A stretch of 64,000 nt of DNA, taken from a phage. Below, piece after piece: positions 10,337 to 23,709 of this stretch. Position numbers and translations under genes: made by a program. Where the stretch lies: the sequence record PQ724394.1, one strand, 5' to 3'. The number at the start of each line of letters is the position of its first letter. Within the stretch, counting starts at the first letter, position 1. The notes under the pieces are model-generated. The model had not been told where the DNA came from. It made no database searches and saw nothing but the letters and a program-made list of their open reading frames with translations.

Positions 10337-11862
10337 TGTCAACAAACACACTAAAACACATTAGTGATAAATCGGAATTCAAATCATTCGACCCTACTGG
10401 GTCGAATTTCCCGCCTGATATTACTAATGTTCAAGAAGCATTGGCGGCTATTTCATTAATCGGTGTCACAGGTAATGTTCCTTCAGCCACAGAAACATCC
10501 CAAGGTATTATTCGTCTTGCCACAACACAAGAAGTAATGGATGGGTTGGATGCCTATAGTGCAGTGACTCCGGCAACTTTAAAAGCACGTTTAGATATTC
10601 CTACTCAGGCAACAGAAACTTATGTAGGTATTACCCGTTATGCTACTAACGCTGAAGCTATAGCAGGCACAGAGCCCCAGGCTGCAATCGTAGCAACCTC
10701 TTTGAAAGCGGTAATGGATTATACATTTGAGAACCGTTTATCAACAGAGAACACTACAGGCGTTATCAAGATTTCAACTACGCCTGCTGCATTAGCTGGT
10801 ACCGATGATACCACAGCAATGACCCCACTTAAAGTATCTCAAGCAATTGGTGCGGCCACAGCAGCGTTACCGGTTTATTCTACGGCAACGACCACAAATG
10901 AAGGTTTGGTTCGTTTAGCTACTAATGCTGAAGTTGGCAATGGAAGTCTTTCGGTAGGTATTGCTATTTCTCCAGCCGGATTAGCCACATTAACTTCCAC
11001 CGAAGCCAGAAGTGGTATTATTAAACTCGCAGGTTGGGATATGGTATCTAATGGTACTGACCATACTGCTGCTGTTACTCCGGCATCTTTGCTAGCTCGT
11101 ACAGGTAATACAGGACGAATTGGCTTGGTGCGTTTAACTACTACAGTAGGACAAGGCGATGGTAATACGGCCCTGGCTTATAATGCTAACGTTATTTCTA
11201 CTTCAGGTGGTGAAATATGGGGTACTTTAAACGTTAATGGCGCATTACGTCGTAATGGTGTTGATGTTGTTACCCACGACCAATTATCAGATAGCGTTCC
11301 GGTAGGTACTATTTGTATGTGGGGTGGACATGAAGGTAATATCCCAGGCAAATGGCGAGCTTGTGTAGGTGGGACTTATACTGGTGGTGCATATTTAAAT
11401 GCTGTTGGCGGACGTTGGGGATGGTGGGGTGCTATTCCGGATTTCCGTGGATTATATCCTCGCGGTGCCAACATGGTTGGTGGATATTCTGAAGGTGAAG
11501 TTAACCCGCATATTGCCGGTAACCGAGGAGAAGACGGTAAAGGTAAAGCCCGTTTAGGTAACGGTGTAGGTTCGTTCCCACAATCTTCTGTTCAAGCCCA
11601 AGCATTACGTTATCATAAACACGCCGGTGGTTTTGGTGAACATGATAACTATGGTGCTTTTGGTAACACCGCTAACTCTGGGTATGTTGGTACTCGTAAA
11701 GGCCTTGACTGGGATAACCGTAGTTATTATACTAACGAAGGGTTTGAGACCACCGAACCTTGGAACCGTGATGGCCATACCACACTGAATAGTGAAGGAC
11801 TTATTGCAAATGAAACACGTCCTTGGACAATGTCCGTTCTTTTTATTATTAAAGTAGAATAA
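10336..11862 (+). CDS. 12: short tail fibre protein gp12
   Basis: 508 aa (T4 gp12 527 aa); repetitive Ala/Thr-rich shaft followed by a Gly/Trp-rich C-terminal domain; synteny. Confidence 0.8.
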   Translation: MSTNTLKHISDKSEFKSFDPTGSNFPPDITNVQEALAAISLIGVTGNVPSATETSQGIIRLATTQEVMDGLDAYSAVTPATLKARLDIPTQATETYVGITRYATNAEAIAGTEPQAAIVATSLKAVMDYTFENRLSTENTTGVIKISTTPAALAGTDDTTAMTPLKVSQAIGAATAALPVYSTATTTNEGLVRLATNAEVGNGSLSVGIAISPAGLATLTSTEARSGIIKLAGWDMVSNGTDHTAAVTPASLLARTGNTGRIGLVRLTTTVGQGDGNTALAYNANVISTSGGEIWGTLNVNGALRRNGVDVVTHDQLSDSVPVGTICMWGGHEGNIPGKWRACVGGTYTGGAYLNAVGGRWGWWGAIPDFRGLYPRGANMVGGYSEGEVNPHIAGNRGEDGKGKARLGNGVGSFPQSSVQAQALRYHKHAGGFGEHDNYGAFGNTANSGYVGTRKGLDWDNRSYYTNEGFETTEPWNRDGHTTLNSEGLIANETRPWTMSVLFIIKVE

Positions 11863-11871
11863 GGGTAAAAA

Positions 11872-14406
11872 ATGATTAACAAATTGGAACTTAGTGAGTT
11901 ACCATTTGTTGACGGCGTACCTGATGCTCCTCAAAAGCGTATCCAATGGATACGCGAGGGTGATTGTATGTCTGCAGCAAAAACAAAATACGGCAATGAA
12001 GGTAATTTGAACGCTGCTGCTTTAGGAGTTCAGAAAAACGTAGAAGCTCTTGATGCCAACGATTTAAAAACTGCTGATAAAGTTAATGAGCTTATAGAAA
12101 ACGTTAATAATATCAATGACGCTTTAGAAATGTCAACAGATATTTCCATCATTCAACAAATAGAGAAAAACCGTGTTGATATTGTAGACCTTAAAAAAGT
12201 CACCGAAGATACAACAGAAAAATTGGACACCTTAACAACCAATTTTGATTTCTTGCGTGAAGATGTTGGATATCATGACCCTTTACAAGATGGGCCTTAT
12301 TTAACTGTACGTGAAAATATTGTTCTTCTTAAAAATGAAATTGGTCACTATGAGGACCAGGATATAAACGGTAATCCTTTACCTCCAGGTGAAACTAGTG
12401 AAGCCACTGGTATAAAACGCCGCATCATGGATAATACCACTGAATTGGTGGACCATCGTCTTCGTATTGATACCCTTGAAAGAAACTATGAAGATTCTGA
12501 TGTTGGGCAATTAGGTATTAAACTAAATGAAATTCGTGCCGAATTAGGACCACATTCTGATACGGTAGGTAAACAACCCGCTTACACCCGAATTTCAGTA
12601 TTAGAAACGGCTGCAGTTAATTTTAATACGGCTATTGACGAAATTAAGGATAATATTGATTTCTCTGGTATGCCTATAAAGGACCGAGTAACTACTTTAG
12701 AAAGCAAAACCTTTACCTTAGAAAATTCAGTTAACGTTGATTTAAAACCTAGAGTAACTTCTATAGAAACTCAAATCGGTTCTGAGTCTGCACCAGCATC
12801 TATTAATGGACGTTTAAGTGGGCTTCGTACCGATGTAAATGATTTAAAAACCGTTGTTGGTAATAGTTCTAGTGAAGGACTTCGTTTCCAGGTTTCCGAT
12901 ATTAATCGACGCCTTGGTAGTGAAGTGTCTCCTGCCGCTGGCACTATTAATAAGCGTTTGAATGATGTTATTATTCAAGCAAACCAATCTACCTCGTCCA
13001 TCCAGGATATTCAGGTAGAAATTGGTAACAACCAATCCGGTATAAAAGGTACTTTGCTTAAGCTCACAAATAAGGTTGACGGAACGAACCCTAACGGAGC
13101 TACCGTAGAAGAACGTGGTCTTATTAATGCGGTTACTTCTTTAGAAACCCAGATGCAAGGTAAATTAGGTGACGCGCCTTCTGATGGTAAACTCTATGCA
13201 CGTCGAAATGCGGCATGGGATGAAGTTGTTAATAATTCCACAGAAATAGAAACCGTTAAAGCCGATTTGGTTGTTACCAATGGTAAAGTGACCGCTTTAA
13301 CTTCCAGAGTAGATGATAATGATACTTCTATTTCATCTCTTAATACTCGCACTACTGCTCTAAATACTTCGGTTGGTGAGATTAAAGCCGATATAGTTTC
13401 TATAAAGGCTAAAGATGTTGAACAGGACGGTCGTTTAACTTCTTTGGAAGAGGCTGATGTTACTATTAACGGTAAAATTGCTGCTCTCGAAACTAAGACA
13501 GATACCACTGATGATGATGTCACAGCACTGGCTTTAGACGTTTCTTCTTTAGAGAACCAATTGACTCCTATAAAAGCCGATATTACCAAAAACAAAGGTG
13601 ATATTGTTGCCTTAACCGGTCGAGTGGCTTCTACTGAAGGCGAAATTACCGCAATTAAAGTTGATACAGCCAAAATTGCTCCTTTGACTACTAGAGTTAC
13701 TACGGCAGAAGGTAAAATCACTACTTTAGAAACAGGGCTTGCCGCTGTTAAAGTCGAATCCGATAAGGTAGCAGGTATTAATACCCGTTTAGGTACGGCA
13801 GAAGATGACATCGGAACACTTGAAACGGGTTTGGCTGAAGTTAAGGGTGAAGCCGATAAAGTAGCTGCTATAGATACCCGTTTGGGTGTTGTTGAAGCTG
13901 AAGTTGGTAAAGTAGCTTCTATAGATACCCGTTTAGGCGATGTTGAAGCTGAAGTCGGTACTCTTGAAACAGATTTATCTACTGTTAAAGGTAAAGTTGG
14001 TACTCTTGAAACAGGTTTGGCTGCCGTTAAAGTCGAATCCGATAAGGTAGCAGGTATTAATACCCGTTTAGGTACGGCAGAAGGTAAAATAACTACCCTT
14101 GAGTCTGGCTTGGCTGCTGTTGAAGTTGAATCAGATAAAGTAGCAGGGATTGATACCCGTTTAGCTACTGTTGAAGGCGAAGTTAGTACTCTTGAAACAG
14201 GTTTAGCTGCTGTTAAAGTTGAATCTGATAAAGTTGCTGACTTAGGAACCCGTTTAACCGCTGCCGAAGGTAAAATTACGGCCTTAGAAACAGAATTATC
14301 TAAACGTCCACCGGTGGCTCCTGCCGCAGACGGACTTCCGTATGTTCTGGTTGATAACGCATGGGTATTATTGTCTGATTTTGTGACTTTAAACTCAGCA
14401 CCATAA
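11872..14406 (+). CDS. wac: fibritin (whisker antigen control), expanded 844-aa form with C-terminal foldon
   Basis: N-terminus LPFVDG motif as in T4 fibritin; long coiled-coil with tandem repeats; C-terminal foldon-like LPYVLVDNAWVLLSDF; T4 fibritin is 487 aa. Confidence 0.8.
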   Translation: MINKLELSELPFVDGVPDAPQKRIQWIREGDCMSAAKTKYGNEGNLNAAALGVQKNVEALDANDLKTADKVNELIENVNNINDALEMSTDISIIQQIEKNRVDIVDLKKVTEDTTEKLDTLTTNFDFLREDVGYHDPLQDGPYLTVRENIVLLKNEIGHYEDQDINGNPLPPGETSEATGIKRRIMDNTTELVDHRLRIDTLERNYEDSDVGQLGIKLNEIRAELGPHSDTVGKQPAYTRISVLETAAVNFNTAIDEIKDNIDFSGMPIKDRVTTLESKTFTLENSVNVDLKPRVTSIETQIGSESAPASINGRLSGLRTDVNDLKTVVGNSSSEGLRFQVSDINRRLGSEVSPAAGTINKRLNDVIIQANQSTSSIQDIQVEIGNNQSGIKGTLLKLTNKVDGTNPNGATVEERGLINAVTSLETQMQGKLGDAPSDGKLYARRNAAWDEVVNNSTEIETVKADLVVTNGKVTALTSRVDDNDTSISSLNTRTTALNTSVGEIKADIVSIKAKDVEQDGRLTSLEEADVTINGKIAALETKTDTTDDDVTALALDVSSLENQLTPIKADITKNKGDIVALTGRVASTEGEITAIKVDTAKIAPLTTRVTTAEGKITTLETGLAAVKVESDKVAGINTRLGTAEDDIGTLETGLAEVKGEADKVAAIDTRLGVVEAEVGKVASIDTRLGDVEAEVGTLETDLSTVKGKVGTLETGLAAVKVESDKVAGINTRLGTAEGKITTLESGLAAVEVESDKVAGIDTRLATVEGEVSTLETGLAAVKVESDKVADLGTRLTAAEGKITALETELSKRPPVAPAADGLPYVLVDNAWVLLSDFVTLNSAP
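13669..14300 (+). repeat. tandem ~90-nt coiled-coil repeat units inside wac
   Basis: Near-identical DNA blocks, e.g. 13725-13800 versus 14005-14080 (gttaaagtcgaatccgataaggtagcaggtattaatacccgtttaggtacggcagaag); protein repeats TLETGLAAVKVESDKVAGINTRLGTAEGKIT. Confidence 0.8.
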
Positions 14407-14410
14407 TAAA

Positions 14411-14429
14411 AGGGCTTCGGCCCTTTTTT
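14411..14429 (+). terminator. intrinsic terminator after wac
   Basis: agggc-ttcg-gccct UUCG hairpin followed by a run of six T. Confidence 0.7.
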
Positions 14430-14431
14430 GC

Positions 14432-14439
14432 TATAAATA
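14432..14439 (+). promoter_or_regulatory. T4-type late promoter (TATAAATA) for gene 13
   Basis: Exact TATAAATA about 21 nt upstream of the gene 13 ATG. Confidence 0.6.
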
Positions 14440-14460
14440 CGGTTATTAGAGGAATAAAAC

Positions 14461-15396
14461 ATGGCAAGTGAATCATATAACCCTAAGCAACTCAAGGACG
14501 CTATTCTGCGCCGCCTGGGTGCACCGATTACAAATATTGAAGTAACTACTGACCAAGTGTATGATTGCATCCAGAGGGCCTTAGAGCTCTACGGCGAATA
14601 CCATTATAACGGGTATAACAAAGGTTATCAGGCTTTTTATATCGGCCATGACGATGAAGAAAAATTCCGTAATGGTGTATTCGACCTTAAAGGACGTAAT
14701 ATATTTGCAGTAACACAAATTTTGAGAACTAACGTTGGTTCTTTAACATCTATGGATGGGCAAGCAACTTATCCATGGTTTACAGATTTTGTACTAGGTT
14801 TGGCAGGTATTAATGGTGGCCTTGGGTCTTCATGTAATAGTTTTGGACCTAATGCCTTCGGCGCCGACCTTGGTTATTTCACACAATTAATGCAATATCG
14901 TTCTATGATGCAAGACCTTTTGGTTCCTCTGCCTGATTATTGGTATAATGATGCCACTGAACAATTAAAGGTAATGGGCAACTTTGTTAAAGGCGACTTT
15001 ATTGTAATTGAAGTTTATACCCGTTCATTTAATGGTGTTGATTCCATGGTTGGGAATACAGCAGGATATGGATATGCTTCTGGTGGCTGTGACGAAAATG
15101 AATGGAGCCCTGGGGCTATTTGGGACAATCCTGCACGTCGAATTTCAGGAATGAGAGCTGGTGAGGACCTTGGACTACAAGATGGGGCGTATAATAACCG
15201 TTGGGTCAAAGATTACGCTACAGCATTAGTTAAAGAGGTCAATGGTAATATTTTAGCCAAACACCAAGGTATGCAATTAGCTGGCGGAACCACTGTAGAT
15301 GGCATTCGATTGATTGAAGAAGCTCGTTTAGAAAAAGAACGTCTTCGCGAAGAATTAGATTTGCTCGACCCACCAACACCTATTTTAATTGGATAA
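14461..15396 (+). CDS. 13: neck protein gp13
   Basis: 311 aa (T4 gp13 309 aa); synteny; GAGG ribosome-binding site. Confidence 0.8.
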   Translation: MASESYNPKQLKDAILRRLGAPITNIEVTTDQVYDCIQRALELYGEYHYNGYNKGYQAFYIGHDDEEKFRNGVFDLKGRNIFAVTQILRTNVGSLTSMDGQATYPWFTDFVLGLAGINGGLGSSCNSFGPNAFGADLGYFTQLMQYRSMMQDLLVPLPDYWYNDATEQLKVMGNFVKGDFIVIEVYTRSFNGVDSMVGNTAGYGYASGGCDENEWSPGAIWDNPARRISGMRAGEDLGLQDGAYNNRWVKDYATALVKEVNGNILAKHQGMQLAGGTTVDGIRLIEEARLEKERLREELDLLDPPTPILIG

Positions 15397-15398
15397 TT

Positions 15399-16172
15399 AT
15401 GGCTACTTTCGATTCGAGTTTATTTGCTAAGCTGGAAAATAACACCGGCTATGCTAACACGAACGAAACTGAAATAATGAACCCTTTCGTCAACTTTTAT
15501 CGCCATGAGAACACTCAAACATTGGCTGATGCTTTAGTTGCTGAGTCTATTCAAATGCGTGGTATCGAGCTTTATTATATACCACGCGAATACGTTAATC
15601 CTGACCAGCTATTTGGCGAAGACCTTCAGAACAAATTTACTAAAGCCTGGAAGTTTGCAGGTTATTTGGATTCCTTTGAAGGTTATTCCGGTGACAATAC
15701 TTATTTCAGTAAGTTCGGTATGATGGTTAATGATGAGGTAACAATCACAATTAACCCTAACCTTTTTAAACATCAATGCAACGGTACTGAACCTGTTTCA
15801 GGTGACTTGATTTATTTCCCTATGGACAATAGTCTATTTGAAATTAACTGGGTTCAACCTTACGACCCATTCTATCAAGTCGGTACAAACGTCCAGCGTC
15901 GCATTACTGCTACCAAGTTCATTTATAATGGTGAGGAACTTCGTCCTGAATTACAGAGAAATGAAGGCATTAATATTCCTGAATTCAGTGAGCTTGATTT
16001 AATGCCTGTTAAAAATATCGACGGGTTGGCTGACATCTCTGATATCCAATATGAAGAGGTTAATGAGATTAATGCTGAAGCAGCGGAATTCGTACACCCT
16101 TATGTAGTGATTAACGGTAGAGGAGAAGATGCTCCTCCTACAGCATTTGATGATGCTTTTTTAGATGATTAA
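15399..16172 (+). CDS. 14: neck protein gp14
   Basis: 257 aa (T4 gp14 256 aa); synteny. Confidence 0.8.
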   Translation: MATFDSSLFAKLENNTGYANTNETEIMNPFVNFYRHENTQTLADALVAESIQMRGIELYYIPREYVNPDQLFGEDLQNKFTKAWKFAGYLDSFEGYSGDNTYFSKFGMMVNDEVTITINPNLFKHQCNGTEPVSGDLIYFPMDNSLFEINWVQPYDPFYQVGTNVQRRITATKFIYNGEELRPELQRNEGINIPEFSELDLMPVKNIDGLADISDIQYEEVNEINAEAAEFVHPYVVINGRGEDAPPTAFDDAFLDD

Positions 16173-16180
16173 ATAATACA

Positions 16181-16201
16181 TGGCGCATCCCGCGCCATTT
16201 T
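16181..16201 (+). terminator. terminator-like hairpin after gene 14
   Basis: tggcgc-atccc-gcgcca followed by tttt. Confidence 0.5.
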
Positions 16202-16211
16202 AGGAGGTTTG

Positions 16212-17074
16212 ATGTTTGGACATTGGTATAATAGTTCGCTACGTCGCTATATTGTTTTGATGGGTGATTTATTTTCCCATGTTCAAGTAGCACGTCAAAG
16301 AGAAGATACAGGGCTTAAATTTATTAAGGTTCCTATTACGTATGCTTCTAAAGAAAGATTTATGGCTAACTTAGGTAAATGGACGGCAGTACAGAATATC
16401 CCAAATCCTAATATGACGCCAAAAGAAAGAGCTGAACAAAAAGCTAAGGTGGAAACTGTTCTTCCACGTATGAACCTCCAAATGGTTGACATGCTTTATA
16501 ACTCACAATACAAAACAGCTCTTCAAAATAGAACACAAATTCAATTTGAGAATGGGGACCCTCGTAAACGAGTCAGCCAATATTCTCCTACTCCAGTAAA
16601 AATGATTTTTGAACTGGGTATTTACACTAGAACTCAAGATGATATGTTCCAGATTGTGGAACAAATTATGCCGTATTTCCAACCTCACTTTAATACAACA
16701 ATTACCGAACTCTATACAAACGAAATTAAATTTGACCGTGATATTCGTATTGTGTTCCAATCTATAGCAATGGACGAACAATTAGAAGGTGATACCACTT
16801 CACGTCGTCGCTTAGAATGGTCTATGATGTTTGAGGTTAACGGATGGCTATATCCTCCTGTTAAAGAAATGGAAGGCGAAATCAAAACCATTTATCTTGA
16901 TTTCTTTGCCAACTCTAAAGAACTCGCTCCTGAAGGTAATTTTGAATCGGTTGATAGCGAAGTGGTTCCTAGAGGTGTAGAAGAAAAAGAATGGGACGGT
17001 AAGTCCATTCAAACATATTCACAAGATATTCCGGTGCCTGTTGAACCAGAACCTCCAGCACCAAGGAGAAACCC

Positions 17075-17078
<4 letters not shown>
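16212..17078 (+). CDS. 15: tail sheath stabiliser / tail completion protein gp15
   Basis: ATG at 16212 preceded by AGGAGG; N-terminus [13 protein letters not shown] resembles T4 gp15; 288 aa. Confidence 0.8.
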
Positions 17079-19388
<2,310 letters not shown>

Positions 19389-19417
19389 ACAATAAAGCAT
19401 AACCAAGAGGATTCAAA

Positions 19418-21400
19418 ATGGCTTTATTATCACCGGGCATTGAGCTCAAAGAAACGTCCGTACAGAGTACTGTCGTTCGTAACGCAACGGGTCGTGCAGC
19501 GCTGGTTGGTAAATTCCAGTGGGGCCCTGCTTTCCAGGTAACTCAGATTACCAATGAAGTTGAACTGGTTGATTTGTTTGGAGGTCCTAATAACGAAGTA
19601 GCAGATTACTTTATGTCTGGTATGAACTTCCTCCAGTATGGTAATGACCTTCGTACAGTTCGTGTCGTTAGTCGCGAATTTGCTAAAAACGCATCTCCTA
19701 TCGCTGGTAATATTGAAACCACTATTACTACGGCTGGTTCCAACTATGCTGTAGGCGATAAAATTAATATTAAATATAACCAAACTGTAGTCGAATCTGA
19801 AGGTCGTGTGACTTCTGTAGATACAGACGGTAAAATTCTTTCTGTGTTTATTCCGTCAGCAAAAATTATTGCTTACGCACGTTCTTTAAACCAGTATCCT
19901 ACCCTAGGCCCGGCTTGGACTGCTGAAGTTACTTCTGCCTCTTCGGGTGTTTCTGGTACTATTACCGTCGGCCAAATTGTTACCGATTCCGGCATTCTTT
20001 TGACTGAAGCTGAGAATAGTGAAGAAGCTATTACTTCTCTTGAATTCCAAGCGGCCCTTAAGAAATTTGCTATGCCAGGCGTAGTGGCCCTTTATCCTGG
20101 TGAAATTGGTTCTACTCTGGAAGTAGAAATCGTTTCTAAAGCAGCTTATGAAGCCGGTTCTTCTAAAATGTTGGATGTTTATCCTGGTGGTGGTACCCGT
20201 GCTTCTATTGCCAAGGCAGTATTTAATTACGGACCTCAAACAGATGACCAATATGCCATTATCGTTCGTCGCGATGGCGCTATCGTAGAATCAGTCGTAC
20301 TTTCCACCAAAGAAGGTGAAAAAGACGTTTACGGTAATAACATTTATCTTGACGACTATTTCGCTAAAGGTACTTCTAATTACATCTATGCTACCTCGTT
20401 AAACTGGCCGAAAGGATTTAGCGGTATCATTAATCTGTCCGGTGGTATTTCCGCCAACGATAAAGTTACTGCAGGCGATTTGATGCAGGGTTGGGATTTG
20501 TTTGCCGACCGTGAAGCACTCCATATTAACCTGCTTATTGCTGGTGCTGTTGCCGGTGAAGGCGATGAAGTGGCTTCTACTGTTCAGAAACACGTTGTGA
20601 GTATTGCTGATGAACGTCAGGATTGCTTAGCATTTATTTCTCCTCCTAAAGGTCTGTTGGTTAACGTTCCACTTACTCGTGCAGTAGATAACCTTATCGA
20701 CTGGCGTACCGGTGCCGGTAATTTCGATGCCAACAACATGAACATCAGTACCACTTATGCCGCTATTGATGGTAACTATAAATATCAATACGACAAATAT
20801 AACGACGTAAACCGTTGGGTACCACTGGCTGCCGATTTGGCTGGTTTGTGTGCACGTACTGATGATGTGTCTCAGCCTTGGATGTCTCCTGCCGGTTATA
20901 ACCGTGGTCAGATTCTTAACGTTCTGAAATTGGCAATTGAACCACGTCAAGCACAACGTGACCGCATGTACCAGGAAGCTATTAACCCAGTTGTTGGTTT
21001 TGCTGGTGGTGATGGTTTCGTATTGTTTGGTGATAAGACTGCAACTAAAGTTCCATCTCCGATGGACCATATTAACGTTCGCCGTCTGTTCAACATGCTT
21101 AAGAAAAATATAGGTGATGCCTCTAAATATAAACTGTTTGAATTGAACGATAACTTCACTCGTTCAAGCTTCCGTATGGAAGTTTCTCAGTACTTAGATG
21201 GTATTAAGGCACTTGGTGGGATTTATGAAGGACGTGTGGTTTGTGATACTACAGTGAACACCCCTGCGGTTATCGACCGTAATGAGTTTATTGCTAATAT
21301 ATACATCAAACCTGCGAGATCGATAAATTACATCACGTTGAACTTCGTTGCAACGAGCACTGGTGCTGATTTTGATGAATTGATTGGACCTTTAGTATAA
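19418..21400 (+). CDS. 18: tail sheath protein gp18
   Basis: 660 aa (T4 gp18 659 aa); AGAGGA ribosome-binding site; synteny. Confidence 0.9.
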   Translation: MALLSPGIELKETSVQSTVVRNATGRAALVGKFQWGPAFQVTQITNEVELVDLFGGPNNEVADYFMSGMNFLQYGNDLRTVRVVSREFAKNASPIAGNIETTITTAGSNYAVGDKINIKYNQTVVESEGRVTSVDTDGKILSVFIPSAKIIAYARSLNQYPTLGPAWTAEVTSASSGVSGTITVGQIVTDSGILLTEAENSEEAITSLEFQAALKKFAMPGVVALYPGEIGSTLEVEIVSKAAYEAGSSKMLDVYPGGGTRASIAKAVFNYGPQTDDQYAIIVRRDGAIVESVVLSTKEGEKDVYGNNIYLDDYFAKGTSNYIYATSLNWPKGFSGIINLSGGISANDKVTAGDLMQGWDLFADREALHINLLIAGAVAGEGDEVASTVQKHVVSIADERQDCLAFISPPKGLLVNVPLTRAVDNLIDWRTGAGNFDANNMNISTTYAAIDGNYKYQYDKYNDVNRWVPLAADLAGLCARTDDVSQPWMSPAGYNRGQILNVLKLAIEPRQAQRDRMYQEAINPVVGFAGGDGFVLFGDKTATKVPSPMDHINVRRLFNMLKKNIGDASKYKLFELNDNFTRSSFRMEVSQYLDGIKALGGIYEGRVVCDTTVNTPAVIDRNEFIANIYIKPARSINYITLNFVATSTGADFDELIGPLV

Positions 21401-21525
21401 TCTATTATCCCAGGCTGTAATATAAAGAACCTAAAACCATTATACCATGTGTTTGGTTACAGCGTACATCACGTAGAATTGCGCCTGGGAGTGATTAACT
21501 ATCAGGAATATGATTTATCAACTGT

Positions 21526-21533
21526 TATAAATA
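21526..21533 (+). promoter_or_regulatory. T4-type late promoter (TATAAATA) for gene 19
   Basis: Exact TATAAATA in the 173-bp 18-19 intergenic region. Confidence 0.55.
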
Positions 21534-21546
21534 AATTAATCAGAAC

Positions 21547-21567
21547 GTTCCTGGTGTGGCCAGGAAC
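21547..21567 (+). other. 5'-leader hairpin between the late promoter and the gene 19 start
   Basis: Perfect inverted repeat gttcctgg-tgtgg-ccaggaac about 18 nt upstream of the ATG at 21586. Confidence 0.5.
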
Positions 21568-21585
21568 TGACTTATGAGGCATCCC

Positions 21586-22077
21586 ATGGAGTTGACAGAT
21601 ATCACTCGTGCGTTTGAGTCAGGTGACTTTGCACGCCCTAACCTTTTCGAAGTGGAAATTCCATTTCTTGGTAAAAACTTTAGCTTTAAATGTAAAGCAG
21701 CACCTATGCCGGCAGGCATTGTAGAAAAAGTACCGGTTGGCTACATGAACCGTAAAATTAACGTAGCCGGTGACCGTACGTTTGATGATTGGACCATTAC
21801 CATTTATAACGATGATGCCCATGACACCCGTCAGGCAATTGTCGATTGGCAAAACCTCTGCCATGGTATGACCAATGAAATTACCGGTGCTGCACCTGCA
21901 GAATATAAGAAACAAGCAGTAGTTCGTCAGTTCCATCGTGACGGTAAGACTGTGACTAAAGAAGTTACAATTTATGGCTTATGGCCTACTAACGTTGGTG
22001 AAGTCCAGATGGATTGGGATTCAAACAACGAGGTAGAAACTTTCGAATCTACGTTCGCTATCGATTGGTGGGAATGA
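21586..22077 (+). CDS. 19: tail tube protein gp19
   Basis: Start at second ATG (21586) gives 163 aa matching T4 gp19; N-terminal DITRAFESGDFARPNLF matches T4; GAGG ribosome-binding site. Confidence 0.9.
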   Translation: MELTDITRAFESGDFARPNLFEVEIPFLGKNFSFKCKAAPMPAGIVEKVPVGYMNRKINVAGDRTFDDWTITIYNDDAHDTRQAIVDWQNLCHGMTNEITGAAPAEYKKQAVVRQFHRDGKTVTKEVTIYGLWPTNVGEVQMDWDSNNEVETFESTFAIDWWE

Positions 22078-22078
22078 G

Positions 22079-22086
22079 TATAAATA
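22079..22086 (+). promoter_or_regulatory. T4-type late promoter (TATAAATA) for gene 20
   Basis: Exact TATAAATA directly after the gene 19 stop. Confidence 0.55.
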
Positions 22087-22096
22087 GAATTATAAA

Positions 22097-22110
22097 GGAG
22101 CTTCGGCTCC
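22097..22110 (+). other. UUCG-tetraloop hairpin in the 19-20 intergenic region
   Basis: ggagc-ttcg-gctcc; likely partial terminator or RNA stability element downstream of the highly expressed gene 19. Confidence 0.5.
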
Positions 22111-22134
22111 TTATCCCATTCATCGGAGACTCTA

Positions 22135-23709
22135 ATGGCAAACTTTAATACAATATTAAGTTTTCTTAAGCCATGGGCTAATGAAGACGAAAAAGAATAT
22201 AAACAACAATTAAATAACAATTTAGAGTCTGTCACTGCACCTAAGCTTGATGATGGCGCTCGCGAAATTGAAACCCAAGAGCAAAATATTCCTTATAACG
22301 CTCTTATGCAACAAATGTTTGGTAGTAATGAGCCTGAAGTTAAAAACACCAGGGAACTCATTGATACCTACCGTAATTTGATGAACAACTATGAAGTCGA
22401 TAACGCAGTTCAAGAAATTGTGTCTGACGCTATTGTCTACGAGGATGATAAAGAAGTAGTTGCATTAAATTTAGACGGGACAGATTTCAGTCAATCAATT
22501 AAAGATAAAATTTTGGCTGAATTTAGTGAAGTTTTGAATCTTTTAAATTTCCAACGTAAAGGCACCGACCATTTCCAACGTTGGTATGTAGACTCGAGAA
22601 TATTCTTTCATAAAATTATAAACCCTAAAAAAATGAAAGATGGTATACAAGAGCTCCGTCGTTTAGACCCTCGCCAACTCCAATATATCCGTGAAATTGT
22701 TACACGTATGGAAGATGGTGTTAAAATTGTAGATGGATACCGCGAGTTTTTCGTTTACGATACTGGTCATGAAAGTTATTGTGCTGATGGACGCATTTAT
22801 TCAGCTGGGACTAAAGTTAAAATTCCTCGTGCTGCTGTAGTTTATGCACATTCTGGGTTATTGGATTGTTGTGGTAAAAACATCATTGGCTATTTGCAAC
22901 GTGCTATTAAGCCTGCAAACCAGCTTAAATTGATGGAAGATGCAATGGTCATCTATCGTATTACCCGTGCTCCTGACCGTCGTGTATTTTATATCGATAC
23001 AGGAAATATGCCTTCTCGTAAGGCTGCAGCACAAATGCAACATATCATGAACACGATGAAAAACCGTGTGGTATATGATGCTTCGACCGGTAAAATTAAA
23101 AACCAGCAACATAATATGTCAATGACCGAAGACTATTGGTTGCAACGTCGAGACGGTAAAGCGGTAACAGAAGTTGATACCATGCCTGGAGCCACAGGTA
23201 TGAGTGATATGGATGACGTTCTTTATTTCCGCACAGCACTTTATCGTGCGCTGCGTATCCCAGAGTCGCGCATCCCTAGTGAATCTAATTCCGGTGTTAT
23301 GTTTGATGCTGGTACGGCTATAACTCGTGATGAGTTGAAATTTGCTAAATGGATTCGACAGCTCCAAAATAAATTTGAAGAAATTTTCTTAGACCCATTA
23401 AAAACAAACCTCATTCTTAAAAAGATTATTACAGAAGATGAGTGGGAAAGAGAAATAAATAATATTAAAGTTACGTTCAACCGTGATAGCTATTTCAGTG
23501 AAATGAAAGATGCGGAAATCATGGAACGCAGAATCAATATGCTAACGATGGCTGAACCATTTATTGGTAAGTATATTTCACATCAAACGGCTATGAAAGA
23601 TTTCCTTCAGATGACTGACGAAGAAATTAATCAAGAAGCTAAGCAAATTGAAGAAGAGTCTAAAGAGGCTCGTTTCCAAAACCCAGATGAAGAAGAAGAG
23701 GATTTCTAA
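22135..23709 (+). CDS. 20: portal vertex protein gp20
   Basis: 524 aa, same as T4 gp20; synteny. Confidence 0.9.
   Translation: MANFNTILSFLKPWANEDEKEYKQQLNNNLESVTAPKLDDGAREIETQEQNIPYNALMQQMFGSNEPEVKNTRELIDTYRNLMNNYEVDNAVQEIVSDAIVYEDDKEVVALNLDGTDFSQSIKDKILAEFSEVLNLLNFQRKGTDHFQRWYVDSRIFFHKIINPKKMKDGIQELRRLDPRQLQYIREIVTRMEDGVKIVDGYREFFVYDTGHESYCADGRIYSAGTKVKIPRAAVVYAHSGLLDCCGKNIIGYLQRAIKPANQLKLMEDAMVIYRITRAPDRRVFYIDTGNMPSRKAAAQMQHIMNTMKNRVVYDASTGKIKNQQHNMSMTEDYWLQRRDGKAVTEVDTMPGATGMSDMDDVLYFRTALYRALRIPESRIPSESNSGVMFDAGTAITRDELKFAKWIRQLQNKFEEIFLDPLKTNLILKKIITEDEWEREINNIKVTFNRDSYFSEMKDAEIMERRINMLTMAEPFIGKYISHQTAMKDFLQMTDEEINQEAKQIEEESKEARFQNPDEEEEDF

Noticed and set aside
13194-14570. 458-aa minus-strand ORF antisense to wac and the gene 13 start
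   Set aside because: Low-complexity Ser/Thr/Ala/Pro-rich translation produced by the wac tandem repeats read in reverse; overlaps two well-supported genes; no ribosome-binding site context.
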